Below are positions 48,290-62,369 of a DNA stretch of 64,000 nt, piece after piece. Made by a program: the position numbers and the translations under genes. The first letter of the stretch is position 1. Each line of letters starts with the position of its first letter. The DNA is from Mobula hypostoma (Eukaryota). The notes under the pieces are model-generated. The model was not told the DNA's origin and searched no databases. It saw only the letters and a list, made by a program, of their open reading frames with translations. Location of the stretch: assembly GCF_963921235.1 (NCBI RefSeq), contig NC_086097.1, forward strand, positions 246,762,001-246,826,000, in the 5' to 3' direction.

Positions 48290-51060
48290 ATTAAACAAAT
48301 TCAGTTGTAAGGTTTATTGCAGGAGAACTGTCCAACAATCTAGTTTCAAAAATTATTTATAAATAAAATTACCATAAAATAATTAAAAATCATACATTTT
48401 CTTACCAATTCTATTCCCTTTTAAATTTTCCCTAGTTTATGAGGCCACTGCACTCTTTAATAATTCTTTTCAAATGCTCACCAAATTTTCCTGTTGAGAA
48501 AATATTTATAACATTAAGCTGGTGGCTGCACTTGGCCCAAGCCTCAGCGTACAGTATCCATCCCACATTCACAGGCAGTGCAAACAGAAGTTTTGCAGAA
48601 ATTAATCTCCATCTTTATTTACAGATCCATACAAAATTACAATGCCAGAATTTTTTTAAACAAATTACATGTAACTTTTTGAAAAGGCCATAGTATTCAT
48701 AAAACATTACAGTATAAATAGCTTTTACTTTGAATTCTTCTTCCGAAGAGAATACGAAGCAGGCTAACAGAATGATGTCCTGAAGACTTGGAACTAAAAT
48801 ACCCAACTGATTCAGGGTGAATGGGGAAGCATTTTGCAGCTGAGTGTGCATTAAAATGTCAATGTGCCCATTTATCCCCGAGTACAGTATATTACAATTT
48901 TGGAATGATATCTAACCTGTACCTTTTATGCACAACAGTGAAAGTTAAAAAGTCTTCATTTATACAAGTGTAACAATAGCAATTGTTGTACAGGGCAGCG
49001 CTAGTTCACAGTAAGTAATGATGTCCACTCCGTCTGGGCACCTGAGATCTTATTACATTGTATGTTTGGGGGAAAAAAAATTGGGCACAGAAAATAAAGG
49101 AATAGAACACGACTTTGAAATGTACACTTGTTTTAATCAAAATTCTGACTGCCAATGAATTACACAAGGATTATTTTATTAGTGGGGAAAATAAAGTTTT
49201 AATAAATCTTAAGCAGGTTTGAAAAATCTTTAACTCACCAACACTCTGCAATTTTCTAATCCCAGCAATGGTATCACCCCAAAGTGCATGGAACAGCTAT
49301 TAACAGACTTTAATTTTATACACCCTTGCCAAACGTGCCCAGTTGAAAATTTGCTCGAATGAGCTAAATGTAAGATAATAAAATGTAAATGCACCCAATT
49401 GGTTAAAATAAATTTAACATGGAAGTTTACTGGTCTATAATCAGACTTTGCTTTGGGGAGATTGAACTAACGAAAAATATAAGACTGAGTAAAATCAAAT
49501 GTGCCTGTCAAATGCAACAATGATTTCATTGCAAGTAGAATCTTCTGCTGTATGTCCAGCACCAGAAAGCTCGTATATAGGATGTGATGGCAAAATGAAC
49601 CATGGTGAGCAGAGCAGTGATTCGGGATGTGGACCACCATACTCCACTCATCGTGCACCAAAATAACATTCCACTTCAGCGCACAGTTTTATACTTCCAC
49701 GCGAATTAAGGAGGAATTCTTGCCAAGTCAATAAACCTGGGTTTGCAGGCTGCTTTGGATCCAATTCATCATCAGCGCCCCTCAAGTCCAAGAATAAGAT
49801 ACAGGAATTCAGAGATGAAAAATCCATTTCAATTTCAATAAGATAGATTTCCTCTTTAGAACAAAACGATACGCCCAGAACTGTAGTCATGTCAGCTTCC
49901 TTCCTCACAGATCCCTTCAGACAATTTTCATTTATTTACAGCAATGAATACTTCAAAACAACTAATGACTTGTGAGATCTGACACGTCAAAAGAAAAGAG
50001 TTTATAAACTTGTTTGAAGATTGAATTAAAGTATTAATTCATCGGGAATAATAGGTGTCACTTACTTGACTGTTTGCTTCAAACTACAACCAGCATTGCA
50101 AAAGGCTTTTGAAATAATTGTCTTGTAACACAAATTGTGAGAAAAGTTCACCAATGCAGAAAAATCTCTGCTAAAACCCCTCCTTTTCAAATCCTGATTG
50201 TAGCTACCATTGTTTGATGCCATGTAAACTACTTTGACAACAGGCAGAAACAAACTGCCTAAGGGAATAAAGAAAGACGGATGTAAAAATACGGGGGTCA
50301 GCGGATGTTTGCAGCTTTTTTTTATTTAGTATGAATTGTTTGGTAGTAGACTACAAAACAAGGCAACAGTGTTTGCAAGGACTTTACTCAAAGTTTCTGA
50401 CATCTTGGTCCATTTTGTTTAGGGAAGTGGACCACAGACTTATTTTATAAATGGGGTAAATCATGAGGTGTTCAGTCACAATGTGAATTCACCACACTTC
50501 CTTCAATAATTCCAAGTTTATGACAACTACTTGCTAATTAGATATTTATTCTAAAAGCACACTACTTAAGAGACTTGCAGCGTCAAGTAGCTCACAGATA
50601 ATAGTTGGTCCAAACTCAGAAAAGCACTTCACATACAGAATTTTTGCCAATCTTTTGGCTGTAGTCTTGTTATTTTTTTGTAACAAGTACCTCAAATGTC
50701 AGCTAGCCTAGAAACTCCATTCCGCTCAAAATTCCTACAATACCAATGGGTGTAACCTGTCAAAAGAGAATCATAAAAATAATCTTTTTAAAACTAAACG
50801 AAAGAGGAAGATGGGGAAAATGTTGCAGTTCGTGAGAGAAGCCTAGTGTTTTCTTCATTACTTCTCTGTGAGTACAAATCAGTTTTTGTAATAGAACACA
50901 CTTCAAATTTGTCAAATCTAATAACTTGTATTTGCATTCAAATATACACTTTACATTTTTTTTTAAAAAATCCCTGCTACAAACCACGTCAATGCAGAGG
51001 ACTTCCCAGCTGTCTATCAGTGTATAACTCATGTATACCAGATGGAGTCTGGTCTGCAAA
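48290..51060 (-). other. CDK13: CDK13 3' UTR (inferred extent)
   Basis: AT-rich and free of recognisable transposons from the stop codon to an AATAAA on the minus strand at 48313-48318. Confidence 0.7.
48313..48318 (-). terminator. Candidate CDK13 polyadenylation signal (AATAAA)
   Basis: Plus-strand TTTATT near the distal end of the repeat-free tract. Other AATAAA sites lie upstream (e.g. ~48614, ~49175). Confidence 0.55.
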
Positions 51061-51920
51061 TCAATATGGTAAACCTCTGCCTCGTCCGATGGTTGGTGTG
51101 CTAATATGCCCACTATAGGCATGAGAATAAACTACTCCACGCCCAGGGGATCCCCAGTTCTGTCCGTGAAGAGAGCCAGTGGTAGCTAGGTTCTCTTGTC
51201 TGTTGGCAACAAATCCGTAATTCTGCAGTTTTTTAGCAAGAGGCACATTTGCACTATTAGTACTATTAGGTATTGCTGCAGGATTACTTCCACTGCTGGC
51301 CAGCGGGGGCAGCGCAGTGCGACTGTATTCAAATCTGTGGTCTTTATCTCCAGTGAACTGCATAGCACTGTTCCCAAGATAACCAATACTTTCTCTGTAA
51401 GCTGTTACTGAGCTAGGAAAGGCCTCAGGGTAACCAGAATGTAGGTGTGCACTACCAGTGCGAGATGATGGAGCATTGAACGTCGACGAGACTGAATCCA
51501 GGAGCGAATGACTGGGGGCATCCGCACTGCCCAGGAAGGTGCCCCTGCCAAGTCTGCTGCTGTACCCATCACTATTGAAATTGCTCGATGAATACGATGT
51601 CCCAAATCCATCCCCGTAGTCTGCAGCAGCTCTCAAGCTGCTGCCCGCTCGATAGTCAACAGCTGGCTGTCCTAGTTCCTGGGCCTGGTGCTGAGCCAAG
51701 AGCTCCAGAAGGGCCGCCTTCACTCCTGCGGTTGGATCACTCGAAGAGCAAGGGGTGGCCTCATGCTGGTCTTCAGCCTGGAAGCTTCCATCCGAAACAG
51801 GTGGAGGCTCCGGAGGCTCTGGAGGTCTCTGGTCTGGGGGCAGAATCCGAGGATGCTCATGCACTGGTGACTGATCTGAGACACTGAGATCCAACTGACC
51901 AGTGGAGTGATCGTCGAAAT
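51061..51920 (-). CDS. CDK13: Cyclin-dependent kinase 13, last coding exon
   Basis: PRILPPDQRPPEPPEPPPV, AGVKAALLELLAQHQ, FTGDKDHRFEYS, GHIST and terminal GRGRGLPY* match the CDK13 C-terminus. Phase-1 acceptor TTTCAG|AT at 51921/51920 (alternative at 51927/51926). Confidence 0.95.
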
Positions 51921-52424
51921 CTGAAACTGCAAAGGTTAGCGTTATGACTATGTGTTACATTGTACATGTTGTACAAAATTGTAAGATTTTAAATCAGAAC
52001 CAACACGAGAAATTCTACAGATGCTGGAAATACAATGATGGAGGAATTTAATATCTATGGAGGGAAATAAAGAGTTGATGTTTCGGACATGCCTCCAGCA
52101 TTTTGTGTGCATTGCTCTGGATTTCCAGCACCCACAGAATCTCATGTTTACTCCTTTTCAGACATATGCAAAGCGGTTGTACCTTAAGCATGGAATATCC
52201 CCGTGCCCTGGTAACCAAACTCACTGAAAGTGATGCAGATGAACACAAGGTAACTCCTGCTCACAGAATTAAACTAATGCTCCAACAGGAATGGTGTTAA
52301 AGGTGGTCATGGCACAAAACATGTGGATGCAGGCACACAGCATATAGCTTCAATGTACGGAAACATGAAACTTAAACCTGTTAATGGATGAGCTAATACA
52401 CAAGCCACCCGCTCCAAACCCTGG

Positions 52425-55400
52425 AGAATTAGATTGAGTGAGCTAAGGCTCTTCTCTCAGAAGGAGAGGTGACTTAATAGAGGTATACAAGATGATACGA
52501 GGCATGAATCAAGAGGGTAACCAGAAACTTTTCCCCTCAGGAAAGAAATGGCTAATACGAAAGGACATAATTCTAAGGTTATTGGAGGAAAGTATGGGGG
52601 GGCGGGGGCAGAGGAATGTCAGAGGTAAGTTTGTTAGAGTGAGTGATGAACGTGTGGAACCCCCTACTAGAGGTAGATACATCAGGGGCTTTTAAGCAAC
52701 TCTTAGATAAACACATGGATAAATCTAGGGCTATGTAGGAGGGAAGGGATAGATTGATTTTAGAGTAGGAAAACATCGTGGGCCAAAGGGCCTGCGCTGT
52801 GCTGTAATGTTCTAACAGCACGATTCATGGGCAATGATATTACTTTACTCTGTACAAACTGAATGATAAAATCGGTCAAATTTAAACTATTTACTTTCAT
52901 ACTTTAATTATAGTAAGCTCAAAACATTTCCTGAATGCAGGCATCACAGTAACATTAATAGCCTTTCTAATCTTTATCAAAGTTACTAATGCAAGAATAC
53001 ATTGAAAAGGCAGATGGATAGGGCTGAAGACACTAGCTCGTTCATAAACAGAAGCAACGTGCAGTGAGGAGAAGCTGTTGCCAAGGCAAAATAGCCAATG
53101 GGATATGTTGCAAGGTAAAAGGTGGACAATATTGATAAGTACAATATTGAGAAAGTAAGGAGGCATGGGATCCAAGGGGACATTGCTTTGTGGATCCAGA
53201 ACTGGCTTGCCCACAGAAAGCAAAGAGTGGTTGTAGACAGGTCATATTCTGAATGGAGGTCGGTGACCAGTGGTGTGCCTCAGGGATCTGTTCTGGGACC
53301 CCTACACTTCGTGATTTTTATAAATGACCTGGATGAGGAAGTGGAGGGATGGGTTAGTAAGTTTGCTGATGACACAAAGGTTGGGGGTGTTGTGGATAGT
53401 GTGGAGGGCTATCAGAGGTTACAGCGGGACATCGATAGGATGCAAAACTGGGCTGAGAAGTGGCAGATGGAGTTCAACCCAGATAAGTGTGAAGTGGTTA
53501 ATTTTGGTAGGTCAAATATGATGGCAGAATATAGTATTAATGGTAAGACTAATGGCAGTGTGGAGGATCAGAGGGATCTTGGGGTCCGAGTCCATAGGAC
53601 GCTCAAAGCAGCTGTGCAGGTTGACGCTGTGGTTAAGAAAGCATACAGTGCATTGGCCTTCATTAATCATGGAATTAAATTTAGAAGCTGAGAGGTAATG
53701 TTGCAGCTACATAGGACCCTGGTCAGACCCCACTTGGAGTACTGTGCCGGTTCTGGTCGCCTCACTAAGGAAGGATGTGGAAGCCATAGAAAGGGTGCAG
53801 AGGAGATTTACAAGGATGTTGCCCGGATTGGGGAGCATGCCTTATGAGAATAGGTTGAGTGAACTCGGCCTTTTCTCTTTGGAGTGACAGAGGATGAGAG
53901 ATGACCTGATAGAGGTATTTAAGATGATGAAAGGCATTGATCATGTGGACAGTCAAAGAGGCTTTTTCCCAGGGCTGAAATGGTTGCCACAAGAGGACAC
54001 AGGTTTAAGGTGCTGGGGAGTAGGTACAGAGGAGATGTCAGGGGTAAGTTTTTTCACTCAGAGAGTGGTGAGTGCGTGGAATGGGCTGCCGGCAATGGTG
54101 GTGGAGGCAGATACAATAGGGTCTTTTAAGAGACTTTTGGATAGGTATATGGAGCTTAGAAAAATAGAGGGCTGTGGGGAAGTCTAGTAATTTCTAAGGT
54201 TGGGACATGTTCAGCACAACTTTGTGAGCCAAAGGGCCTGTATTGAGCTATAGGTTTTCTATGTTTCTATATCGAAAAGGATGAATACAGGGCTGAAGGT
54301 GTTATATTTGAATGTGTGCAGTACATGGAATAAAGTAGATGAACTTGTAGCACAGTTGCAGATTGGCAGGTATGATGTTGTATTATGAATTATGGCTGGA
54401 AGAAGATTATAGCTTGGAGCTTAATGTAAGGATACATATTCTATCAAAAGGACAAGCAGGAAGGCAGAAGGGCTCCCATGAAGGACAACAGGTGGCTGAA
54501 GAGATTGAGGAGGTATTAGTAATGATCTGTCAAGAATCACTAGACTTTGGAATGATTCCAGAAGACCATAAAATTGCAAATGTCACTCCACTCTTCAAAA
54601 AGGAGGGAAACTATAGGTCAGATGTCTGACCAAAGTGGTTGGGAAGATGTTGGAGATGATTGTTGAGGATAAGGTCTCAGGGTACATGATAAAATAGGCC
54701 ATAGTCAGCATGACTTCCTCAAGGAAAAATCTTGCCTGACAAATCTGTTGGAATTCTTTGACGAAATAACAAGCAGGGTAGACGAAGAAGAATTGGTTGA
54801 TGTTCTGTACTTATTTTTTCAGAAGGCCTTTGACAAGGTGCCACACATGAGGCTTGGCTCTGGGCAAGTTGACTGGGTAAGGTTCTGTTAAGTTACCCCT
54901 TTTTCTTACTGTCAGGGGTACTTAGTGTAGTTTAAATGGCCAATTTGTGTCCTTCATGTTGGATTTTGGAGACCTGGGAGACCTAGAGATTCAGAAGGAA
55001 CTACATCTGCGTGAAGTGCATCCAGCTGCAGCTCCTTGAAGACCGTGATAGGGATCTGAATCAGCAGCTGGATGACCTTTGGCTTGCATGGAAGAGTGAG
55101 ATCATCAATTGGAGTGACAGGGTAGTAGTCTGCGCAGAGCATACTTGTGGCCATTCTTCTCAAAGGTAAGTATACTGTTGTGGGGGATGACCACCCAGGG
55201 GAATACCATGGAGACCAGGTTACTGGACTGAGCATGGGTCCGTGGTACAGAACAGAAAGTGGAAGAAGAGAGGAGCAGTAGTGATAGGGGACTCAATAGT
55301 CAGAGGAACAGACAGGGGATTCTGTGAATGTTAACAAGAAACCCGAATGGTATGCTGCCTCCCAGGTGCCAGGGTCAGGGGCGTCTCAGATTGCGTCCAC

Positions 55401-56730
55401 AGCATTTTGGAGGGAGAGAGAGTAGAGCCAGATGTCTTGGTACGTATTGGTATCAATGACATAGGAAGGAAAAGCAGAGAGGTCCTGAAGAGAGAATTTA
55501 GAGAACTGGGCAGAAAGCTGAGAAGCAGGACCTCTAGGGTATTAATTTCTGGATTTTACCTTTGCCACTCATGCACCAGTGAGGGATGATTTGGCAGATA
55601 AATGCGTGCCCAAGAAGCTGGCGCAGGGGGCAGAACTTCAGGTTCTTGGATCATTGGGATCTCTTCTGAGGCTACGTCCACACTACGCCGGATAATATTG
55701 AAAACGAAGCTTTTGCTCTTCGTTTTGACCCTCTGTCCACATTGAAACGGCGTTTTCATCCCCCGAAAATGGAGCTTTTCTAAAACACTCTCCAGAGTGT
55801 GTAAATTTAAAAACGATTGTTGCGCGTTGTAGTGAGGACGGGGTAAACGGAGATATTTAAAAACACTGTCGTGACAACACCACAACAACAATGCTTTTTC
55901 TGCTTCTGCTTGGTACTGCACAAGCACTGCCGGACGGCTGTTACAACGCGCAGTCGGTGTGAACGGTGTGAGAGTTAAATTGTAAAGTGAACTTTTTTGA
56001 CTAGATCCCCTAAATTGATTTGATTGAGTCTATCTTTAAAAATATTAATGTCAGAAATACTGTGCAGGTCTGGCGGCAGAAGATTCCACTCTCTTGTTGA
56101 TCTTGGGTAGAGGACGGCTTCATGCATGTGTTGTTTACTTTATTGTCTACGTTAATAGCTTGTTTGGAGTTAAACATCTCCACGTTCTCCACTGCTTTGC
56201 TGACTTTGTAGTCGTTTGTAACTCACAGAAACAGCTCAACTTCATTGTCTGTCTAAACGAAGAAGTCCGGTCTGCTTTTTCCAGTGGAGGTTTTCTTCGT
56301 ATTCCTCGAAGACATTGTTGAAAACTTTCTTTCGCTGTTGTTGTAGGTACTCTAGTTTTTGACCAATGGAAATAGCACAACGCCGCCGCGGAAACGCAAA
56401 TATTATACCGTTTTCCCTTCGCTTGTTTTCTGTAGATGTGTCTGCGCATGCCCAGTAGGAGTAGATTCGCCCAAATATCCGTTTTAATGTGGACAGAGAT
56501 ATTTTGAAAAACGCCTATTGTGGACGCCTGTCGTTTTCACTCAAAACCAGCGTTTTCAAAATTATCCGGTCTAGTGTGGATGTAGCCTGAGGGAGGCATG
56601 ATCCGTACAAAAGGGAAGGGTTACACCTAAACCTGAGGGGAAACAATATTATAAGAGCTGTTGGGGAGGGTTTAAAATAATTTGGCAGGGGGATGGGAAG
56701 CAGCGTGAAGGGACTCAGGAAAGGATGCAT
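52425..56730 (+). mobile_element. Intronic CR1 cluster (3' fragments, RT 53145-54270, ORF1 zinc-finger/esterase ~54860-56730)
   Basis: ORF 53122..53691 (SGVPQGSVLGP, FADDTK) and ORF 55347..55589 (VCCLPGARVR). Confidence 0.88.
55670..56587 (-). mobile_element. PIF/Harbinger non-autonomous DNA transposon with a Myb/SANT-like ORF remnant
   Basis: ~37-bp TIRs GGCTAC(G/A)TCCACACTA..CCGGATAAT(A/T)TTGAAAACG and a 3-bp TSD TGA (55667-69, 56588-90). Minus-strand remnant from 56315: MSSRNTKKTSTGKSRPDFFV*TDNEVELFL*VTNDYKVSKAVENV. Confidence 0.88.
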
Positions 56731-56889
56731 GGTAAAGAAGATATAATGACTCGATGATTAGCACCACTGCCTGAGTTTGATCCTAATCTTGGGTGAGGCC
56801 TATTCTCCTTTGTAATAATAGCCCACTGCTGCATGCCAGAGATGTGATGACTGATAAGTTAAGTGGCTATTATATAAAGAGACTGATGT

Positions 56890-57779
<890 letters not shown>

Positions 57780-57780
<1 letters not shown>

Positions 57781-60700
57781 AACCAGGAGTCTTTCCGTGG
57801 GCAGAGGTGGGGGAAGGAACAGTGGGAATGTCGGGCAGGATAGCTGAATGCTCCTCTTGCAGGATGTGGGGAGGCAGGGAGACCTCCAGTCTCCCTGACA
57901 ACTACACCTGCAAGAATTGCATCCAGCTGCAGCTTCTAACACCCTGTGTTAAGTAACATAGAAAATAGGTGCAGGAGTAGGCCATTCGGCCCTTCGAGCC
58001 TGCACCGCCATTTATTATGATCATGTCTGATCATCCAACTCAGAACCCCGCCCCAGCCTTCCCTCCATATCCCCGACCCCCGTAGCCACAAGGGCCATAT
58101 CTAACTCCCTCTTAAATATAGCCAATGAACTGGCCTCAACTGTTTCCTGTGGCAGAAAATTCCACAGATTCACCACTCTCTGTGTGAAGAAGTTTTTCCT
58201 AATCTTGGTCTTAAAAGGCTTCCCCTCTATCCTCAAACTGTGGCCCCTCGTTCTGGACTTCCCCAACATCGGGAACAATCTTCCTGCATCTAGCCTGTCC
58301 AATCCCTTTAGGATTTTATACGTTTCAATCAGATCCCCCCTCAATCTTCTAAATTCCAACGAGTAAAGCCCAGTTCATCCAGTCTTTCTTCATGTGAAAG
58401 TCCTGCCATCCCAGGAATCAATCTGGTGAACCTTCTTTGTACTCCCTCTATGGCAAGAATGTCTTTCCTCAGATTAGGGGACCAAAACTGCACACAATAC
58501 TCCAGGTGTGGTCTCACCAAGGCCTTGTACAACTGCAGTAGTACCTCCCTGCTCCTGTACTCAAATCCTCTCGCTATAAATGCCAGCATACCATTCGCCT
58601 TTTTCACCGCCTGCTGTACCTGCATGCCCACTTTCAATGACTGGTGTATAATGACACCCAGGTCTCGTTGCACCTCCCCTTTTCCTAATCGGCCACCATT
58701 CAGATAATAATCTGTTTTCCTATTTTTGCCACCAAAGTGGATAACTTCACATTTATCCACATTAAATTGCATCTGCCATGAATTTGCCCACTCACCCAAC
58801 CTATCCAAGCCCTGCATCCTCTTAGCATCCTCCTCACAGCTAACACTGCCACCCAGCTTCGTGTCATCCGCAAACTTGGAGATGCTGCATTTAATTCCCT
58901 CATCCAAGTCATTAATATATATTGTAAACAACTGGGGTCCCAGCACTGAGCCTTGCGGTACCCCACTAGTCACCGCCTGCCATTCTGAAAAGGTCCCGTT
59001 TATTCCCACTCTTTGCTTCCTGTCTACTAACCAATTCTCCACCCACACCAATACCTTACCCCCAATACCGTGTGCTTTAAGTTTGCACACTAATCTCCTG
59101 TGTGGGACCTTGTCAAAAGCCTTTGAAAATCCAAATATACCACATCCACTGGTTCTCCCCTAGTTGGAGCTGGAACTGGATAAACTCCAGATTATTTGGG
59201 AGGGTGGTGGTGGTTGATAAAACAGGATATACAGAAAGGTGCAGGATACAGGTAACTGGTTGACCATCAGGAGGGGGAAAGGGGGTAGGTAGCTAGTGCA
59301 GAGAACCCCTGTTGCCGATCCCCTCACTATGTATACTGTTGGGGGGGCGGTGGGGGGGAGATGAAAGTCACAGCAGTCAGGACTCTGCAGCTCAGAAAGG
59401 AAGGAGTGAGAACAGGCAAGCTGTAGTGATAGAGGATTCATCAATTAGGGAAACAGAAAGGAGGTTCTATGGATGAGACGAGATTCCTGGATGGTTTGTT
59501 GCCTCCCAGACACCTGGGCCAGGAACATCTCAGATCGAGTCCGCCGCATTCTCAAGTGGGAGGGTGAGCAGATAGAGGTCATGGTCCATTTTGGTACCAA
59601 TGACATAGGTAGGGAAGGTGATGAGATCTTGCAAAGTAAGCTCAGGAAGTTAGGTGCTAAGGAAAAGGACAGGACCTCCAGGGTTGCAATCTAGGATTGC
59701 TACCTGTGCCACATGCTACTGAGGCCAGACTTAGGAAGATCGTCCAGTTTAACATGTGGCTAAGGAGAGGGCTTCAGAATTTTGGATCATAGGGCTCTCT
59801 TCCTGGGAAGGTGGGACCTATACAGACGAAGAAGACGTTTAAACTAGACTTGCATAGTGGAGGGGTTGTAGAGAAAGATGTTGTTAAGCCTAAGTCCGGA
59901 ATTGAAAAGTTGAGCATGGTGGGACTAATGTTCCAAGTTGTGTATATTCCAAAGCAATGAGTATTGTAAGTAAAGCAATGGATCAGCACACGTTGTAGCC
60001 ATTAGTGAGACTTGGTTACAAGTAGGGACAAGTTTGACAGCGCAATATTCCAGGGTTCTGTTGTTTAAGACATGATAGAGTAGGAGGGATTAAAAGGGGA
60101 GGAGTGGCATTACTGTCAGGGAAAATAGCACAGTAGTGCTCAGACAGGACAGACTATTGAGGCTATTCATCTATTGAGGCTCTATGGGTGGAGCTGACAA
60201 ATAAAGTAGGGATGATCATGTTAATGAGACCACCAAACGGTCCACGGGATTTAGAAGACCAAATTTGTAAAGAGATTACAGACAAAGAGAAACAAAGTTG
60301 TGATATTAGATGATCTTAACTTCCACATATTGACTGGGACTCCCATACTGTAAAAAGTCTAGATGGGCAAGGGTTTATCAAATGGGTTCAGGAAAGTTTC
60401 CTTAAACAGTACATGGAAGTCCCAACTGGAGAGAGTGCAATACCAGATCTCCTAAATCGAATGAGACAGGGCAAGTGACAAAAGTCTGTGTCGGGGAACA
60501 CTTTGTACCTAGTGATCATAATGCCATTAGTTTCAAGATAATTATGGAAAAGAACAGGTCTGGTCCACACGTTGAGAAAGGCCAATTCTGATGGTATCAA
60601 AAAGGAACTGGAAGTGTGGATTGGGACAGGTTGATTTCTGGCAGGTGTACATGGTAAGAGGGAAGTCTTCAAAAGTAAAAATTTGAGAGTAAAGTTTGGA

Positions 60701-61100
60701 TGTTCCTGTCAGAATAAAAGGCAAGCATAACAAGTTTAGGAAACCTTGGTTTTTGAGAGATATTGAGGGTCTCGTTAAGAAAAAGGAGGTGCATAGCAGG
60801 TATAGGCAGGAAGGACCAAATCAGTAGAGTTGAAAGAAAGCTTGAAGTTATTCGAGCAGACAAGGTGAAGGAGAATCCCAAGGGCTTCTACAGGTATATT
60901 AAGAGCAAAAGGATAGCAAAGGACAAAACTGGTCCTCTGAAAGATTAGAATGATATTCTATACATGGAACCAAAAACAAAAAATGGGAGATCTTAAATGG
61001 TTTGTTTTTGCATCTGTATTTAACTGGGAGAAGGGAACAGAGTCTATAGAAGCGTAGAAAGCAGCAGAGGGCCTGAACCATATACAGATTGCAAAAGAGG
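57780..61100 (+). mobile_element. CR1 5' part (ORF1 and endonuclease) interrupted by an antisense CR1 (-, ~57954-59160)
   Basis: ORF1 CSSCRMW..YTCKNCIQLQLL..VK|..LELELDKL is split by the RT ORF 58341..59090. Esterase ORF 59473..59694. Confidence 0.88.
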
Positions 61101-62305
61101 AACACATACAAAATGCTGGAGGAACTCAACAGGTCAAGCAGCATCCATAGATAAATAATCGATGTTTCGAGCTGAGATTCTTCCTCAGGACTGGAAAGGA
61201 AAGTGGAAAGACACCAGAATAAAAAGGTGGGGAGAGGGGAAGAAGGATAGCTGGAAGGTGATAGGTGAAGTCAAGTGGGTAAAAAAAGGTAAAGGGCTGG
61301 AGAGGAAAGAACTGATAGAGAAGAGTGGACCATAGGAGAAAAGGAAGGTGGTGTAGAACTAGGGAAGGTGATAGACAAGACGGCAGAGACCAGAGTGGGG
61401 AATAGAAGAGGGGAGGAGGAGGGAATTTTTTTTTTGTTACCGGAAGGAGAGATCAATACTCATGCCATCATGTTGGAGGCTACCCAGACAGAATACAGGC
61501 TGTTGTTCCTCCTCCAAGAGTGACCTCATCATGACACAAGAGGAGGCAACGTCTGAATGGGAATGGGAATGGGAATTAAAATGTTTGGCCACTGGGAAGT
61601 TCTGCTTTTGACGGATGGAGCGAAGGTGCTCAACAAAGCAGTCCCCAAATTTACAACAGGTCTCACCAATGTAGAGGCCGCATCAGGAGCACTGGACACA
61701 GTAGACTACCCCAGCAAATTGGCAGGTGAAGTGTTGCCTCACCTGGAATGACTGTTTAGGGCCCTGAACTGAGGTGAATGGGCAGGTGCAACAGTTAGAC
61801 TGCTTGCAGAATAAGTGCCAGGAGGTAGATTAACGGGGGAAGTGCAAATGAACAAGGAAATCACGGAAGGTGTGATCCCCATGGAAAGCAGAGTGGACAG
61901 ATAATTTGTTTGGTGGTGGGATCCCTTTGGAGATGGCGAAAGCAGTGAAGAATGATGTGTTGGATGTGGTGGTTCATGGGATGATTGGTAAGAACAAGGG
62001 GAACTCTATCACTGAAGATGCGGTAAGCATGGATGTTCAGGAAATGGAGGAGGTACGGTGAGGGCGGCATCAATGGTGAATAAAGGGAAACCCTGTTCTT
62101 TGAAGGAGGAGGACATCTCTGGTGGGAAGAGGTTTAGTCGGGGCAGCCATAGTAATCAGATTTATGAAAAATGTCAGTCAACTGTTTGTCTCCAGAGATG
62201 GAGACAAATCAAGAAAGGGGAGAGAAGTGCCAGAAATAAACCAAGTGAAATTAAGGGCAGATTGGAGGTTGGAGGCAAGCACGGGTGCGTGAAACAGCAC
62301 CAATG
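61100..62305 (-). mobile_element. Penelope-like element in the CDK13 intron (sense to CDK13), with a hammerhead motif at 61156-61193
   Basis: RVPLVLT..HLQRDPTTK linker (61861..62073). Minus strand CAGTC CTGAGGA AGAATCTCAGCTC GAAACATC GATTA. Confidence 0.82.
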
Positions 62306-62369
62306 CACATGTGAATGTAGTGGAGGAATCATTCTTGTGAACCTCCTCTGGACCCTCTCCAGAGTTAGT

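Noticed and set aside
51061..51920. Assignment as CDK12
   Set aside because: GDKDHRFEYS, AGVKAALLxLLAQHQ and the terminal GLPY are CDK13 features.
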